Made by a program: the position numbers and the translations under genes. Below, in pieces: positions 36,262 to 48,457 of a DNA stretch of 64,000 nt (position 1 is the first letter of the stretch; every line of letters starts with the position of its first letter). Source of the DNA: Amoebophrya sp. A120. Taxonomy: Eukaryota > Protista > Dinoflagellata. Where the stretch lies: positions 1,046,722 through 1,110,721 of the forward strand of contig CAJINV010000017.1 in NCBI GenBank assembly GCA_905178155.1. The letters run 5' to 3'. Under the pieces are notes generated by a model that made no database searches, was not told the origin of the DNA, and worked only from the letters and a program-made list of their open reading frames with translations.

Positions 36262-38851
36262 GGAGCATGAAGATGTTGTATGCGCGATGACAATATCACT
36301 TATTAAGAAAAACAACTTCTACTATGACTACTAAGACACCACCACTGAAGTGCAGCTGTTTAAAAATATCACTTCGCTCATTTTCGGAAGTAGTTGTTGA
36401 GAAATAAAATGAAAAATGAAAATTATTTCAATCGTGAGAAGATGAAGAGAAGTATAATGTTGGTAGAAGTATTTGCGATTGTAGTGCCCGACTTGTGTGT
36501 AGCATCTACAGCAGGTCTCCTTCTACGTCCTATACACACCGACATCATCACGCGGCGAAAACAATACCGACGTGAACGCGTCATATTATTTATTGGGTGG
36601 GAATCGCGACAATCAATATCAGAATCACTACCGAGCGAACCACCAATCTTTGAACTAACTTTATTGATATGTGGCTATGTTGTTTCTTAGTTGTATTTCG
36701 TTGAACCGATTTGCTTTATTGGTACCGAATAACAGAAGAAGACTTGAAGCTGCATACCAGTAATGATCTGCTGTATTTCGCAATTCGATTTTAGCACGAC
36801 CGACAACAAACATCATGTAGATATTTTCCAGACGAACGACGACGACCACTACCACAGCGATCTCGTTAGCCGACTGATTTTTATTTACAACGCAGTATAC
36901 TAGATCACAGCGCCGAAGTTGTGGGTCACTTGGCTCGCATCTTCATCGACGGTCTCGAACACTTTTGATGTTTCGTGTCTTGTGCGCGGTGCAGCGCCTT
37001 TTACTACTGCATGCCTTTCCTAGTCACTTCTCAGCTTGTAACACTTTGACACTACGCGACGTCATCATCCACCGCTCTTGCTTTTGTTTTCTGGACAATG
37101 GCTGCGCAGGATGTGATGGAACTAGGTGGATAAAGTGCTAGTAGCTCTTGAGGTGACTTTGTATTGTTGATGAGCTATTGTTTGGGAATATTCCTCAGCA
37201 CTGTAGAACTTCCCCTACCACGACTTTTGCTACTACTAGCCAGGGGGTTGGTAGTTTCTATCACGCTATAATTTTCCTCCACCTTCTCTAAAAAGTAAAA
37301 GTAGACGCCAAAGTAACAGCATCGCCACGAACCGCGCTTCATCATCAAGCAGCGGCTGTTCAACTTTTCAATTCTATGTAAGGCTGAAGGCGCTGATGAT
37401 AAAAAGATGAGGCGCGCGCCTCATGTTGTTAATGTGAGGTTGATAAAGTTCTGATGTTGTACTAGCAGTTTACTTTTATCTGTGCGATGTAAAATCCCAG
37501 CCCCAGCTTCAACTTCTGCAGCCTCTCCTACAATCGTCACCGTTGTAATCCGCTACGTCAGCAGCTGTTGCCGTTATTTTATTGCTTCTCTACTGAGATA
37601 TAGTAGTATTTCCTCGGACAGTTGCGGCAGTGGATCGCCGTCGGTAAAATCTGGTACCTTGAGATAAACAACTACTACACTGCACAGATTTTTGATGACT
37701 TCATGTATAATTTGTCTATAGGTTGACGCTGCCACGCACTTTTATCATCATATGCCGCGCAGCTTCTGCAGATAGAAGCAAGATAGCAGCTGACCTGTAG
37801 TTCGCTTTTATTTAATGAACCAAATATCTATGCGAGTCATCTATTATGTGGCGCCTCTTACTTTCATCTTGCTTTCGTATCCCGTAAGTAGATAGGGAGA
37901 AATGGCCTGCACTTTAAAGCAGAGCAGCTGCTGAATCAATGCAAATGTTGTACCGCCCGCAATTCGCCAGAGGTGAGACTCAGTGATGTAGTGTAGATCT
38001 ATGCCTGAGGAATGCTGATCACGGGAATTGTAAGCAGTTTTATAAAAGTGACTGCTGGGTGTGAAAAATGATGCGTCGTCGGCACCAGCATGGTTGTCGT
38101 AATCGCCAGCGCCGTGTCGCTCGTGCGATGTTTGTGTCGAAAACATTGGCCATGCTGCTGCAGCTGTTCGTCATTAATTCTAAATCGATGTTGTCGGTGG
38201 AGGTATGACGATGATCGAGTCGGTATATCTGCTGCACTGCAGCTCGACGTGCTTCGTCATCTTCTCTGCATCATCTGGCCAGGTAGGTCGTGGCATCTTG
38301 AACAGGCAGAACAAGAGCTAGCTGCTGCGCTGCAGATAATCGTGGTCGGTTCGTTTTATTGCGTTGTCGCTATCGGATTTGCGGCACATGAGCGACGCAC
38401 CCCTCACCAAAATCGCAACTCGAGTGCTGCGAGAGATAGAAGTACCAGAATCGGCCGCGTTTGTTGTTGCAAAAGTAGAACTCGCGTTGAGAGATGAAGA
38501 TGAAGACGAGCAAGACGAGACTGCGGCGTGAGTAGTTGCAGCTCGTCACCAGCTACATATGCAGCAAGTGTTACTTCATCATAAAATCTACCAGGTTAAG
38601 ACAAGGAGCGGATAGAAATGATTGTCGTGCTCCTGCGAGAGTGATGAAAAGGTGCGCACAAATTACAAACGGCGCCTGTAGCCCCCCCCATTGACAAGAG
38701 TGCATGCGAGTATGAGCAATAGCATCAGCATGAAAGCTGTAGAAATAGAGCATTAGCTGCTTCTACACGAGCTCTTGTTCATCTTCAAAACGACTGCTGT
38801 TTATTTTTATTACGTGCAACTACTTCTATCTTTGTGCAATTTAGATTCAAA

Positions 38852-41800
38852 ATGCCGAAACGAGCTGGCGCGAAGCCGCCTCCTCCGGCTCCCATGCCCA
38901 TCGCAGGCTTTGACCCTCCGGTGAACCATCAGCAGCAAGGTCCTGCTCCGGAACTACCACCGATAGTGCATGTTCCGGAGCCGCAAGTTGGTTTAGCAGG
39001 TGCAGCTGCGCGACCGGTGCATACCATCGATGTGCAAGGTGTCCAAATCAACAAATCCCGCTACCTCGCCAGTCGCGCTACCAATTGGGGCGAGCCGATA
39101 CGCGATCCCGTTGGCTACAAGATAAGATGGAGAGTCAGGTCCCTCTCCGCTTCCACGAATTTCTCGTACTGGCGGCAAAACACGGCACCGGAATTCATCC
39201 GCAGTAAGTACAACCTCGGGCGCAACGCGATTCCTTACGAGTGCAGTACGAAGGAGCTGGTCTACTGCTACATGTACTGGAAATCGTTGGACCAGGCGAT
39301 GTTCCGGGCGAAGTGGGACGGTTGTCCGTTTCTGAACCACCTCGAATCGATCTGGAGGGAGGACTGGCCCGATGAGCCGGATGGTGTGAAGATGTACATC
39401 GCGATGTACAAAATAGAAGAATGGGCAGACCAACACATGAAACAACTGGGTCGCGATGCCAGCAAGTGGAGAGATCAGGTATTGCTACGGCAATAGCATC
39501 CACTGCGACTCATGAGCACCATAATTGCATTACAGAATCTTCAAAGTGAGACGAAGATGAATTTTTATACACTCATGCTCACCACCTCCACTCTTGATCT
39601 TGCTGGGCATGATATTCGTCTTGGTTTCATTTGTGTTTAGAAGTAGAAGTGAAGATGACGCAGTTGTTTTTGCGCATGACAAATCTGAAACCACCCTCAA
39701 CTTGTCAGGAATACGCCTTGCGGCGCTATTTTACGTTCGCGGCATTTCTCCGGGACCAAATGTGGAACGATATGCCGAATCGCGGCAAATACATCAAGGA
39801 GATAATCGATATGGCGCCATTTGCTTTGCAAGGTGACGTCGACGAGCTCAAGAGCAACATGTGCGCGCTGAATTGGGATTATTCCACCATTTACAAGAGA
39901 CACGTCTACGGGGCAATTGTATAGTAGTTTTTCTGCGCCTTGTGGCGGTCCTGCGTGAATAATAGAAACAACAAGAATGAACAACTATCCTCTTCTACTT
40001 CATCTACTTGCTCTTGTTCTATGCAATACAAAAAAGCATCTTCATCGTCGTGGTCCAAGGACGTAGCTTTTCATGCTATGGAAACATACATAACTCGTCC
40101 CACGCAACCAACTTTCAGGCGACTACGATCATGCAAACGAAGATCGACAACACCGTCCCGATGCAGGTGCTGGACGAAATTGAGAAAATCAACCGCTCGT
40201 GCGAAGAATTGGCTCAGGTTCCGTTGGCGTTTCAAGAAGCGGGGGCGGACGTCATGCGCAAGAGGGAGGACTACGAAGCATGCAGCTACAGCGCTTCGAA
40301 CATCCTGGCCATGTGTTCGCATTACATGGGCTCCGATTTGATCGAGACAATCTACGAGGACACTCACACCACATGGCGCGAAATGAAAATCGACTCGTTG
40401 CTGGAAGAGACCAGGCAGAATACCCGGACCAACGCAGAAATCCACCTCCACTCGGATCAGGGGAGCCCGGAGTGTCGCTGTGCCCAGCTCTTCCACTGTC
40501 ACGCGCCAGGTGTGTGGCGGCTCGAGATGGCGCACCGACTCGCGAACGACGTGTATCAAAAGAAACTTGCTTGCGGCGCCTCCAGCATGACAAATTGCAA
40601 TTTTTGATGCATCTAAGGCAGCGCAAGTCTATTTTCTTTTGATACAAGCGCTGGCCTCCTCCCAGAATGGGAGGAGGCCGCGATTTGCTGGAACAGTTTC
40701 TGCGAAGGACCTATGAAGAAAAAAGAAAACCAAGGACGGTTGCTGGCAGCGCAGCAAGACGCTGTCAAGCTTGCCAAAAAGGAGCCGCGCAGGGTCAGGG
40801 CCATGAAGTGGGCTGCGGAAATGACCAGAGAAGCAGGAAAAGGAAAAACACCAGCTGACGCCCTGTCTATACGTATTTTCTCATTAGATTTTACTTTCAA
40901 AGTGCTTGCTTTTCATGAAAAGTCGTAGAATTCTCAAAAATCTGTGATTTTTCATCAAAAATCATTGATTTTTCATCAAAAAGCGTTGATTTTTGTGCAT
41001 TTCATCACAAAAAGCGCTGTTTTTGTAAAAACCGTTTCACGATGGTACTGCACGTTTTTGATGCATCCGATACAATCAAGATTTCTTAAAGTGAAAACTG
41101 AATGAAAATCTAATGAAAATCTAATGAAAATCTAACGAAAGCAGGTTTTTTCTCTATTACGAATTCTATTACAAAATACCTCAGCTCTTCGCATGCTCCA
41201 CGAAACCAAATGCCGGTGGCACCGCACGAGAATGCTCATGCTTTCCATGCAGACTTGCATCTATCGCCTCCTCTTCGTCTTGCACCTCATGATTCCGGAC
41301 GAACTGCGTGCGAAAGTTTCCGAGGTTGAGGTCGAGAAAGTGTTGACAAACCACCGCTGCGGACAGATCGAGTCGCTTGACGATGATGACGACGAAGCAA
41401 TCAAAAAAGTGAAGGATAAGGACGGCAAGAAGTGGCAGGGCTACCCATCGGAGATGTCAGACCGTCTCGAGAAGCTAATCTGCCCCTTGAAGCGGGAGAT
41501 CGCGGACGCGCTTACTCGGCGGCATTTCGCCTTTCACGTGCTGCTTGAGGCGTTCAACGGTTGTGCTTCCTTCGAGTCCCCCTCAACCTCTCTCGAGCTC
41601 GTGGAAACGATGCAGGAGGTGCTGGATCCCAGCGCCCGTCTCGGTTCCATCTATCGCACAACCAAAATCCAGGAACTGATGTCGGAAAACCGTCACCGCA
41701 TTTGGCAATACGTAGGCGCGGGTGCTTGCCAAGCACACGGCACGGGGCCGGTGGACTGCAATGAAGCAGAAGCGCCAGCAATGAAATTGCTAAGCCGCGT

Positions 41801-44800
41801 CGTCAACAACAGCATCATCGAGCAATATGATCCGGCTTTTGGTCTTTGGGAGTCGTTCAGCAATGGAAGAGTCTACATCTCCTCCCAGGATGCGGCAAGA
41901 ATCGGAGATATGTCTGCTTTCCCCCTGTCGGTCTCCGCGAAGCGAAACGTCTATCAATGTGAAGAATTCGCGCTACCTCCACCAGCAGCAGAAGCAGCGC
42001 AAATAAAATAATATCTGCGTCCACTGGACGCAGATATTATTTTATTTTGCTGATGAAGAAGATGCAGCTCATCATCTACAGCAACTTCTTCTTATCTAAA
42101 TGTGTGTTGCACGAGATGAGCACGACGAAGCAGAATGCAAATTTGTGATGCGCGAGATGATCACTCTAGCATAACGAAGGACATGAGCAAAGTGACAATA
42201 TTAGTACTCGTCAATGACGAGTACTAATATTCATCTTCGTCAGCTTCTGCTGGTGGTGGTGGTAGCGCGAAACTTTCGTAGTGATACCGGCCGGGCGATC
42301 AACGATGACCGGGAAGAATGCATCACTATCTGGATCATGAACGTCATCAAGAGCTTCCCCCTCTTCGGTAAAGAACTAGAGCGGCAGTTTAAGGACTCGA
42401 GCTCGCGCCTCTCCAAGTTCTGCACTGCAGTGAGCAACATGACCTCCAAGCAGTTAGACCGGCTGCGGGTCTTCGCCAAACATGTAAGGTTCGCAACCGT
42501 TCCGTTGGCGAAAAAGTCTGCAGTCGCGTTACCGGAAGAACTGGGCCGAGCTGTGACGGAATCGGAAATGGCGGATAGCAGCGCCGATCAGTTTTGGGAC
42601 TGCCTCAGTGAGAAAATTGGCAGTCGCGGCATTCCGGCCGGCGCCGATTCTGATACGGGAACGAAAAAGGGATTGAACCGCACCCGCAATCTCACCGCCG
42701 CGTTTGATAAACTGAAAAACGACGGTAAACGGTTCCACGAAGAGCACCACCGGCGGTCGAAACGAGGACTATCTGGTCCGGAGGACAAGATCCTGGAGAC
42801 GGTCCGAAACGGTGAGCACAAGTCAAAAAAGCCGTGTGATCTGTGGGAGCGTGGAGCAATGACGTACGTGTTGCTGAAGATCGCGTTTCTGTCGAGCCGG
42901 ATGCTGGACATCTTCGAGGCCTGCGGCCGACTTGTGGTGGAGGAGCGCGGCTACATCAAAGCCTTCAGAGAAAACCCGAACTTCCTGCTGTTCGTACTGT
43001 GTCCAGCTTTGTTGTGGGAAGGCCAAATAGTCCGGGTTTTGAAAGTGAACAAATTGGGATACTGGGGTGGAGTGCTGATGAAAACGACGACCAATGCGAA
43101 GAGCCAGTACGTCGCGTCGCTGGCTGCCAAAGGAGACTGACCAGGTGACTATCGTGTGCGGGCACTTTGCTGTCTCCGATATCTTCGACGGGGTGCACAA
43201 TCGCGAGAAAGTGTTCGATGAAGACACGAAGCGCAACCACGTCGAGTGGACTCTGCTAGACGACATGTACATCACAAGCACCGACACCTTGCTGAACGGC
43301 TTTCCCCTGCAAGAAGATGAGCTGCAGATGGGGGCGATGGACCCAATCATCAAGCACTGCAACGAGGATGAAGAAATTGTCTACGCAGTGCAGAACAAAA
43401 TCATCCCGCCGGTCACCGAATTCACGCTGGAGCGGCTTTCAAAGGAAAACCGCGAATACGTGTACTTGTACACCAAATGGCTCGAAGGCGACATCACTGT
43501 TGCTCTTCTCGACCACATCGACAAACTTTTTCCGAAATCCTCCGGACAAGTACTTGAGCAAGGTCCGAGAGGGCTGCAGGCCAGGTTGATCGATCTTTCT
43601 GCTGGGTCTTTGGAGAAACAGCAAGGCCTCGGTCGTCCCGCGGGAGGAAAAAACGTGATGAAAATGCTGAACGTCACTCGCCAACCGCATGGCATCTGCT
43701 TTCGTCTCATGGATGATAAGAAAAAGCGCGTCTACTGTGAATTTCGCACAATGCGGCAACTGCAGGGAGAGAAGTCAAAGCGGGAGGGTGAAGCTGTACT
43801 GGGTCCGGCAGCCCGGTCACAAGAAAGTCCACGCGCCGTTTTTTGCAAAATTAGCACCGTCCATCGAGTACGCGAGTCTTGATTTGCCGGACAACATCGC
43901 GCGCCGCCTTGTTCCGTTTGGATTAAAAGAGTTTCAACTTCTTCCCGTACAAAACCCGCGTCTTTTTTCAGTCAACGTCGAAAGCGGAGACTTGGAAACC
44001 GAATACCCAATACCCGCAGAAGCATACAAGCGTGCCGCGGGAGAAGAATGCGCAAAAAGCAAAAAAGCGCAATCCGAATATCAGAAGGCTATTCAGGAGG
44101 TCATCGCGAAGGAGAACCTAGAATGGGCAAAATATTTGGAAAACTACGAAGAGGAGCGAGAAAATGATGAGGATGTTGACGACGACGACGACGATGAGTG
44201 CGAAGACTGTGTTGAGGAAGATGATGATGAAGGCGGGGACGATGACGAGAACGAGGTGGACGAGGACGACGAAGAAGATGAAGATGAAGATGACAATAAT
44301 GAGGACGAGGAAGTAGATGGAGAAGACGACGACGACGACGAAGAAGATGAAGATGACGATCAGGAGGACGAGAACGACGACGAAAGCGAAGATGACGACG
44401 AAGATGATAATCATGGTGGGGATGACGCTGCGCTCGACGGCGACTCGTCGATGAACTTCTTGAACCAGCAGAATTTATTTGATGAACAGTTTTTGGATCC
44501 AGATAACGACAACAACTACCACGGCCGCAATGAAGACGAGGACGGGATTGAAATGGATCAACACTACTACAACAACGCGACGAATACGAGCAACAACTTC
44601 CAGCCCAATCGCACGCAACTGTCAAGCAACATGATGATCCCCTTCAACGCGTTCCAAGCTAGTAGCGGTAGCACCAGTTCGATTCCAGATGGTCCGTGGA
44701 ATAGTAGATCCATGTACGCCAGCAGCAATTATAACAACTACAACCAGAACAATGCTTACTACAGCAACAACCTCCAGTCCGCGTCATCTGCGTCGTCCTA

Positions 44801-45554
44801 TTTTCTCCACCCTGGTGATGATCCCGAGTATATGAAGCACTACGCCGACCACATGGCGAAACACAGCTCGTCGCTGATCAACAATTCCAAGTTCCAGCAG
44901 AAGAACACGAAGTTGAAAAAAGAACAAGGAAATAACTACGATACGACGCTGCTAGGCCGCCGACCTTCGACAAAGATCAAGAAACAACAAACGACAACGC
45001 ACGACGGCGATGTTGGTGACGACGAGGACGAACTCGTTGACGTTAATATGCTGTCCTTGATGAAAGAAGCCAAAGCTTCTCTCCTGGGTGGTAGCAAAAA
45101 GAAGACCAACATCTTGAAGAAGCCGCAGAATCTTGTTGGGCGCGCTCAGAGCGCGACCAAAGTCAAGAAGCAAAAGGACTCGACGAAGGGCCACAGGGCA
45201 GTCGGTCGCGGTGGGGCGAAGGCTGGCACATCATCGTCCGCCTCCTCGTCGGCAGCAGCTGCTGCTCCTCCTGCTGCTGCGTCTTCTTCTTCTTCTGCCG
45301 GTAAAAAATCATCTCTCGCTATGAAAAAACAAAAGCAAGATCAGCAGCTATCGGCATTGAAGAACAAAGCGAAGACTACAACATCAGGCCGAGAAGGTGC
45401 CGGGGACAGCAAGAAGATGAAAGTGAAGAAGCAGGCGAAGCAGGAGAAACAAAAAGCGAACAAGCCAGCACCGAAAGGTTTGCATATTCCGGGCAAAGGA
45501 ACAGTCCCGAAGCTGACTGGTAAGCACGCGATGAAAAAGAAGAACGGCGACTAG
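38852..45554 (+). CDS. Putative DDE (RNase H-fold, hAT-like) transposase with long C-terminal extension; exons ~38852-39478, 39709-39918, 40119-40552, 40649-40872, 41185-41958, ~42266-45554, with two +1 frame discontinuities
   Basis: Phase-compatible GT-AG introns. Ordered motifs ALNWDYST..HVYGAI (D1?), IHLHSDQGS (D2?), EMAHRLAND (C/DxxH-like), KCRWH (RW-like), TTKIQE (E?). It lies within the TIRs. Function is assigned by motif resemblance only. Confidence 0.55.
40554..40644. mobile_element. Short, old introner-like intron inside the putative transposase gene
   Basis: TIR tatcaaaagaaa...tttcttttgata and an internal gcatgaca. The TSD is degenerate, but GT-AG splicing of 40553-40648 (96 nt = element + 5) removes two in-frame stops. 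Confidence 0.7.
42001..42047. repeat. Perfect 23-bp inverted repeat with 1-nt loop
   Basis: aaataaaataatatctgcgtcca-c-tggacgcagatattattttattt. Confidence 0.9.
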
Positions 45555-47362
45555 TACTTCTAGTGCTACCGAGTAGTAGCAGCTACTAACCACGACCACG
45601 ATTAGCGACAACATCACGACTACGATCTTCCTGCAGCTATTCCTCTCTCTTCATCTTCTACTTCGTCTACTTCTGGATCCACTTGTACTGGTGCAAGAGC
45701 TAACTTCTACAACGTCACCCACTACATCACCTTCTACTTGACCGTCTTCGTCTTCCTTTGAAGTAGCAGGGCCCTCGCTCGTCTAATACTACTAGCTGCG
45801 CGCCGTCAGTACTACTACGACTACGACGACGACGATGGCGACGCACTGCTGGTGGTAATTATTTTTAAAGTTTGGCTTTGCCTTTCAGTTGCAGTTGTCG
45901 CGATAGGCTGCAGAAGAACAAGCCTCACCGAGATGCGATCAAGTTTTGCCGATAAATGAAAGCCGCGAGTATCACTGCGGCTCTTGTTCTGGTCTATGAT
46001 AAAATAAAAGTATAACTATAGCACGATACTCAGCTGCAGGAGCTTCATCGTAATTTTTATTTTTATTCGAACACAGAGTCGCTGTCTTGCAGCAGCTGCA
46101 GCTGCACGGCTTGCAGCAGGTGGATTGGTAGCTATCAGCACTAATAGTGCTAGTAGTAACTACGAAGCTTGCTTCGCCGCTTTTATTTTTCACTTTCCAT
46201 CTTGACTTGTTCAGCCTGAAAGCAAGACGTTTGCTCTGTTCTTCACCGTCGACGGTATGTAGTAGCTCATCATTGTAGTGCGCACCCAAAATTTTTATCC
46301 GCGACTTGTTGAAACCAAAAATATAGAAAGTCACCACCCGAAGCAGGGTCGCAACTACGAGTTAGCAGCTGCAACTGCTTTCTGTGTAGCCGCCCACTGT
46401 TTCGAGGATGATGCTGATGAAGAGCTTGTTTATTTTGTTTACATTTAATTAGCACGAAAAGTTTCGCCCACTAGCAAAACCCAAAAATATGAAAATAAAA
46501 ATAAATAAATAAAACAGCTGCGCTTCTAGCTGCACTACTAGAGCTTTTATTTGAATCGGTTTCAGTTTACACAGCTCAGACGTTGATGAACAAAAATAAA
46601 AGTTGCGAGGACTTACTATTGTATGATTATTGAATGCCAGACTTTGCAACACAAATACAATTATATTGAAAATAGTAACGACGTATGATTTTCCTTTAGC
46701 AGGTACCCTTCACAAACAAGCCAGTGCCTTCCGCTGGTGTAGGATTTGATTTTGTTGCACTTTTCTTGCACCTTTATAATTAAAAAAAAGTTCACCCGTG
46801 GTTGCAATATGAATGATAAAGATGAAACCCGAAAACCAAAATCGTCATCAGTACTCCTGGTGGAAGTAGTTGCTAATCTTCATCGTCAGTGCTATCGTCT
46901 ATTTTTGCCGATGCTTCTACTGAAAAATAAAGATAGCCCGTGCTAAAAATTCCGAGAATGAAAAACGAAAATAGAATTAGGTGACAACGACGAGAAGACG
47001 CCGAAATAAAAGCTAGGATGTAAAAACTCAATGCAAAACTATAACTATAGATAAAAAAAGATCAGCCGTCTTCTACTTATAGCAGCGCCGCGACTACAAC
47101 GTCGAAAACAAAAGAGCGACCAGCTCTAGCGCTGCTCTGAGTTATTCGGAAAAAATATCCGCTACTGGTCGACCAATCATCTCGCGTTGATCGGGCCAAG
47201 AAGTAGGACAGCGAACTACAAAGAGCAGAGTCGTGGTCGTCGTCTACCTCCACCTGCAGGAGGTGCAGGAGGAGGAGCAGAGGCCGCGTTGATTCATTTT
47301 TTGAAAAGCGCCAAAACACATATGAATGCTAGTTCTTTGCTGATGTCCTCGCCTGTCGCATC

Positions 47363-48457
47363 TCAAGCTGCAGCAACAGGATTGCGAAAAGGATTGCGGC
47401 CCCACGTTTTGATGGTCGCAATCATTTTTTTCACAATCGCAGCCTCGCCTGCGCTTTCGACGGAGAGGTAGAACTTTTCTAACTGTCCGTCTTCGTTAGC
47501 ATTGCGAACGCCGGGGGCTTCAGGGAAAAAGGATAAGCTTGTCTTGCCGGCTTTTCCAGATCCGCTCAAGTAGCCAAGACGCGACAATTCTTTCCAAGGA
47601 ATCAGAGCGCAACCGTGCAGGCGCGTTTCATTTACGCCGCCACCTTCCGCATTCTCGCGCACGTGCAAAAGCAAAAAATCAATAGGGTCCGTTTCGCAGT
47701 AGGGCTTGCCATCAGACCGGCGCATTGGGCAGCGTAAATTGAGCGGCTTCCCATTATTGTCCCGCCGAGTGCCCAGAACTTTTTCTTGGATAGCAAATTT
47801 GGTGCTGGGCAAATCGTCGCACGTCAGAACTCCGTCTACGCATGTGAATTCATTCTCGGGCGATTCGTAGGTTAGAGAGCCGCGCGGTGCTGCGCCGTTG
47901 TTGATGATTTTCAAAAATTCCCGCCGCGATTGCTTCTCCACCAAATTCGCATTGCTGTAGGCCGAAAAAATAGGTCCATCACCTTCGTCAGGATCGGGCA
48001 CGCACGGATTAATTTCCCACAGGTGTTTCAGGTGGGTATTGATTGCGCTGGCGGCAAAGTTGTTGCTGTCATCATTGACGTCGATCTTGTCGTAATTCTT
48101 TTGCGCATTGACGGACTCGCAAAAAATTTTTTGCGAATCATCTGTGTACTCCTCGGCGCCAGCGCCTCCCGTTCCCTTTTCAAATCCGATAAATGCGTGT
48201 CCGTGTAGAGCCCGCTTTTGCTTTTTTAGAACGTGGCGCATTTTGCGACACCAGGCAGCATCGCGTCGCAGAGTAGCCTTGAGCTGAACCTGCAGCCACC
48301 GGTTGGCTCCACGACGGACTTTCGGACGAGTGTACAAGTCCGCTCGGCTTTCTCTCGATTTTTTCACGTCAAAAACTTGCTCAAGTATAGAGTTTAGCTG
48401 TTGATAGCATTCAGCTTCAGTCATTCGAGCACGCATACCGGGAGGTGGTTGCGGCAT
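47363..48457 (-). CDS. Putative tandem PD-(D/E)xK-fold (QxK variant) endonuclease
   Basis: Intronless 364-aa ORF with two motif sets: E..RADL...WLQVQLKAT and E...VDG...IQEK...PY...DFL...IPWKEL...GYL. Confidence 0.55.
   Translation of the reverse strand: MPQPPPGMRARMTEAECYQQLNSILEQVFDVKKSRESRADLYTRPKVRRGANRWLQVQLKATLRRDAAWCRKMRHVLKKQKRALHGHAFIGFEKGTGGAGAEEYTDDSQKIFCESVNAQKNYDKIDVNDDSNNFAASAINTHLKHLWEINPCVPDPDEGDGPIFSAYSNANLVEKQSRREFLKIINNGAAPRGSLTYESPENEFTCVDGVLTCDDLPSTKFAIQEKVLGTRRDNNGKPLNLRCPMRRSDGKPYCETDPIDFLLLHVRENAEGGGVNETRLHGCALIPWKELSRLGYLSGSGKAGKTSLSFFPEAPGVRNANEDGQLEKFYLSVESAGEAAIVKKMIATIKTWGRNPFRNPVAAA

Noticed and set aside
41100-41140. Tandem aatgaaaatct repeats as a CRISPR-like array
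   Set aside because: Three short tandem units without spacers, inside an intron. No CRISPR array, tRNA or rRNA was recognised anywhere in the window.
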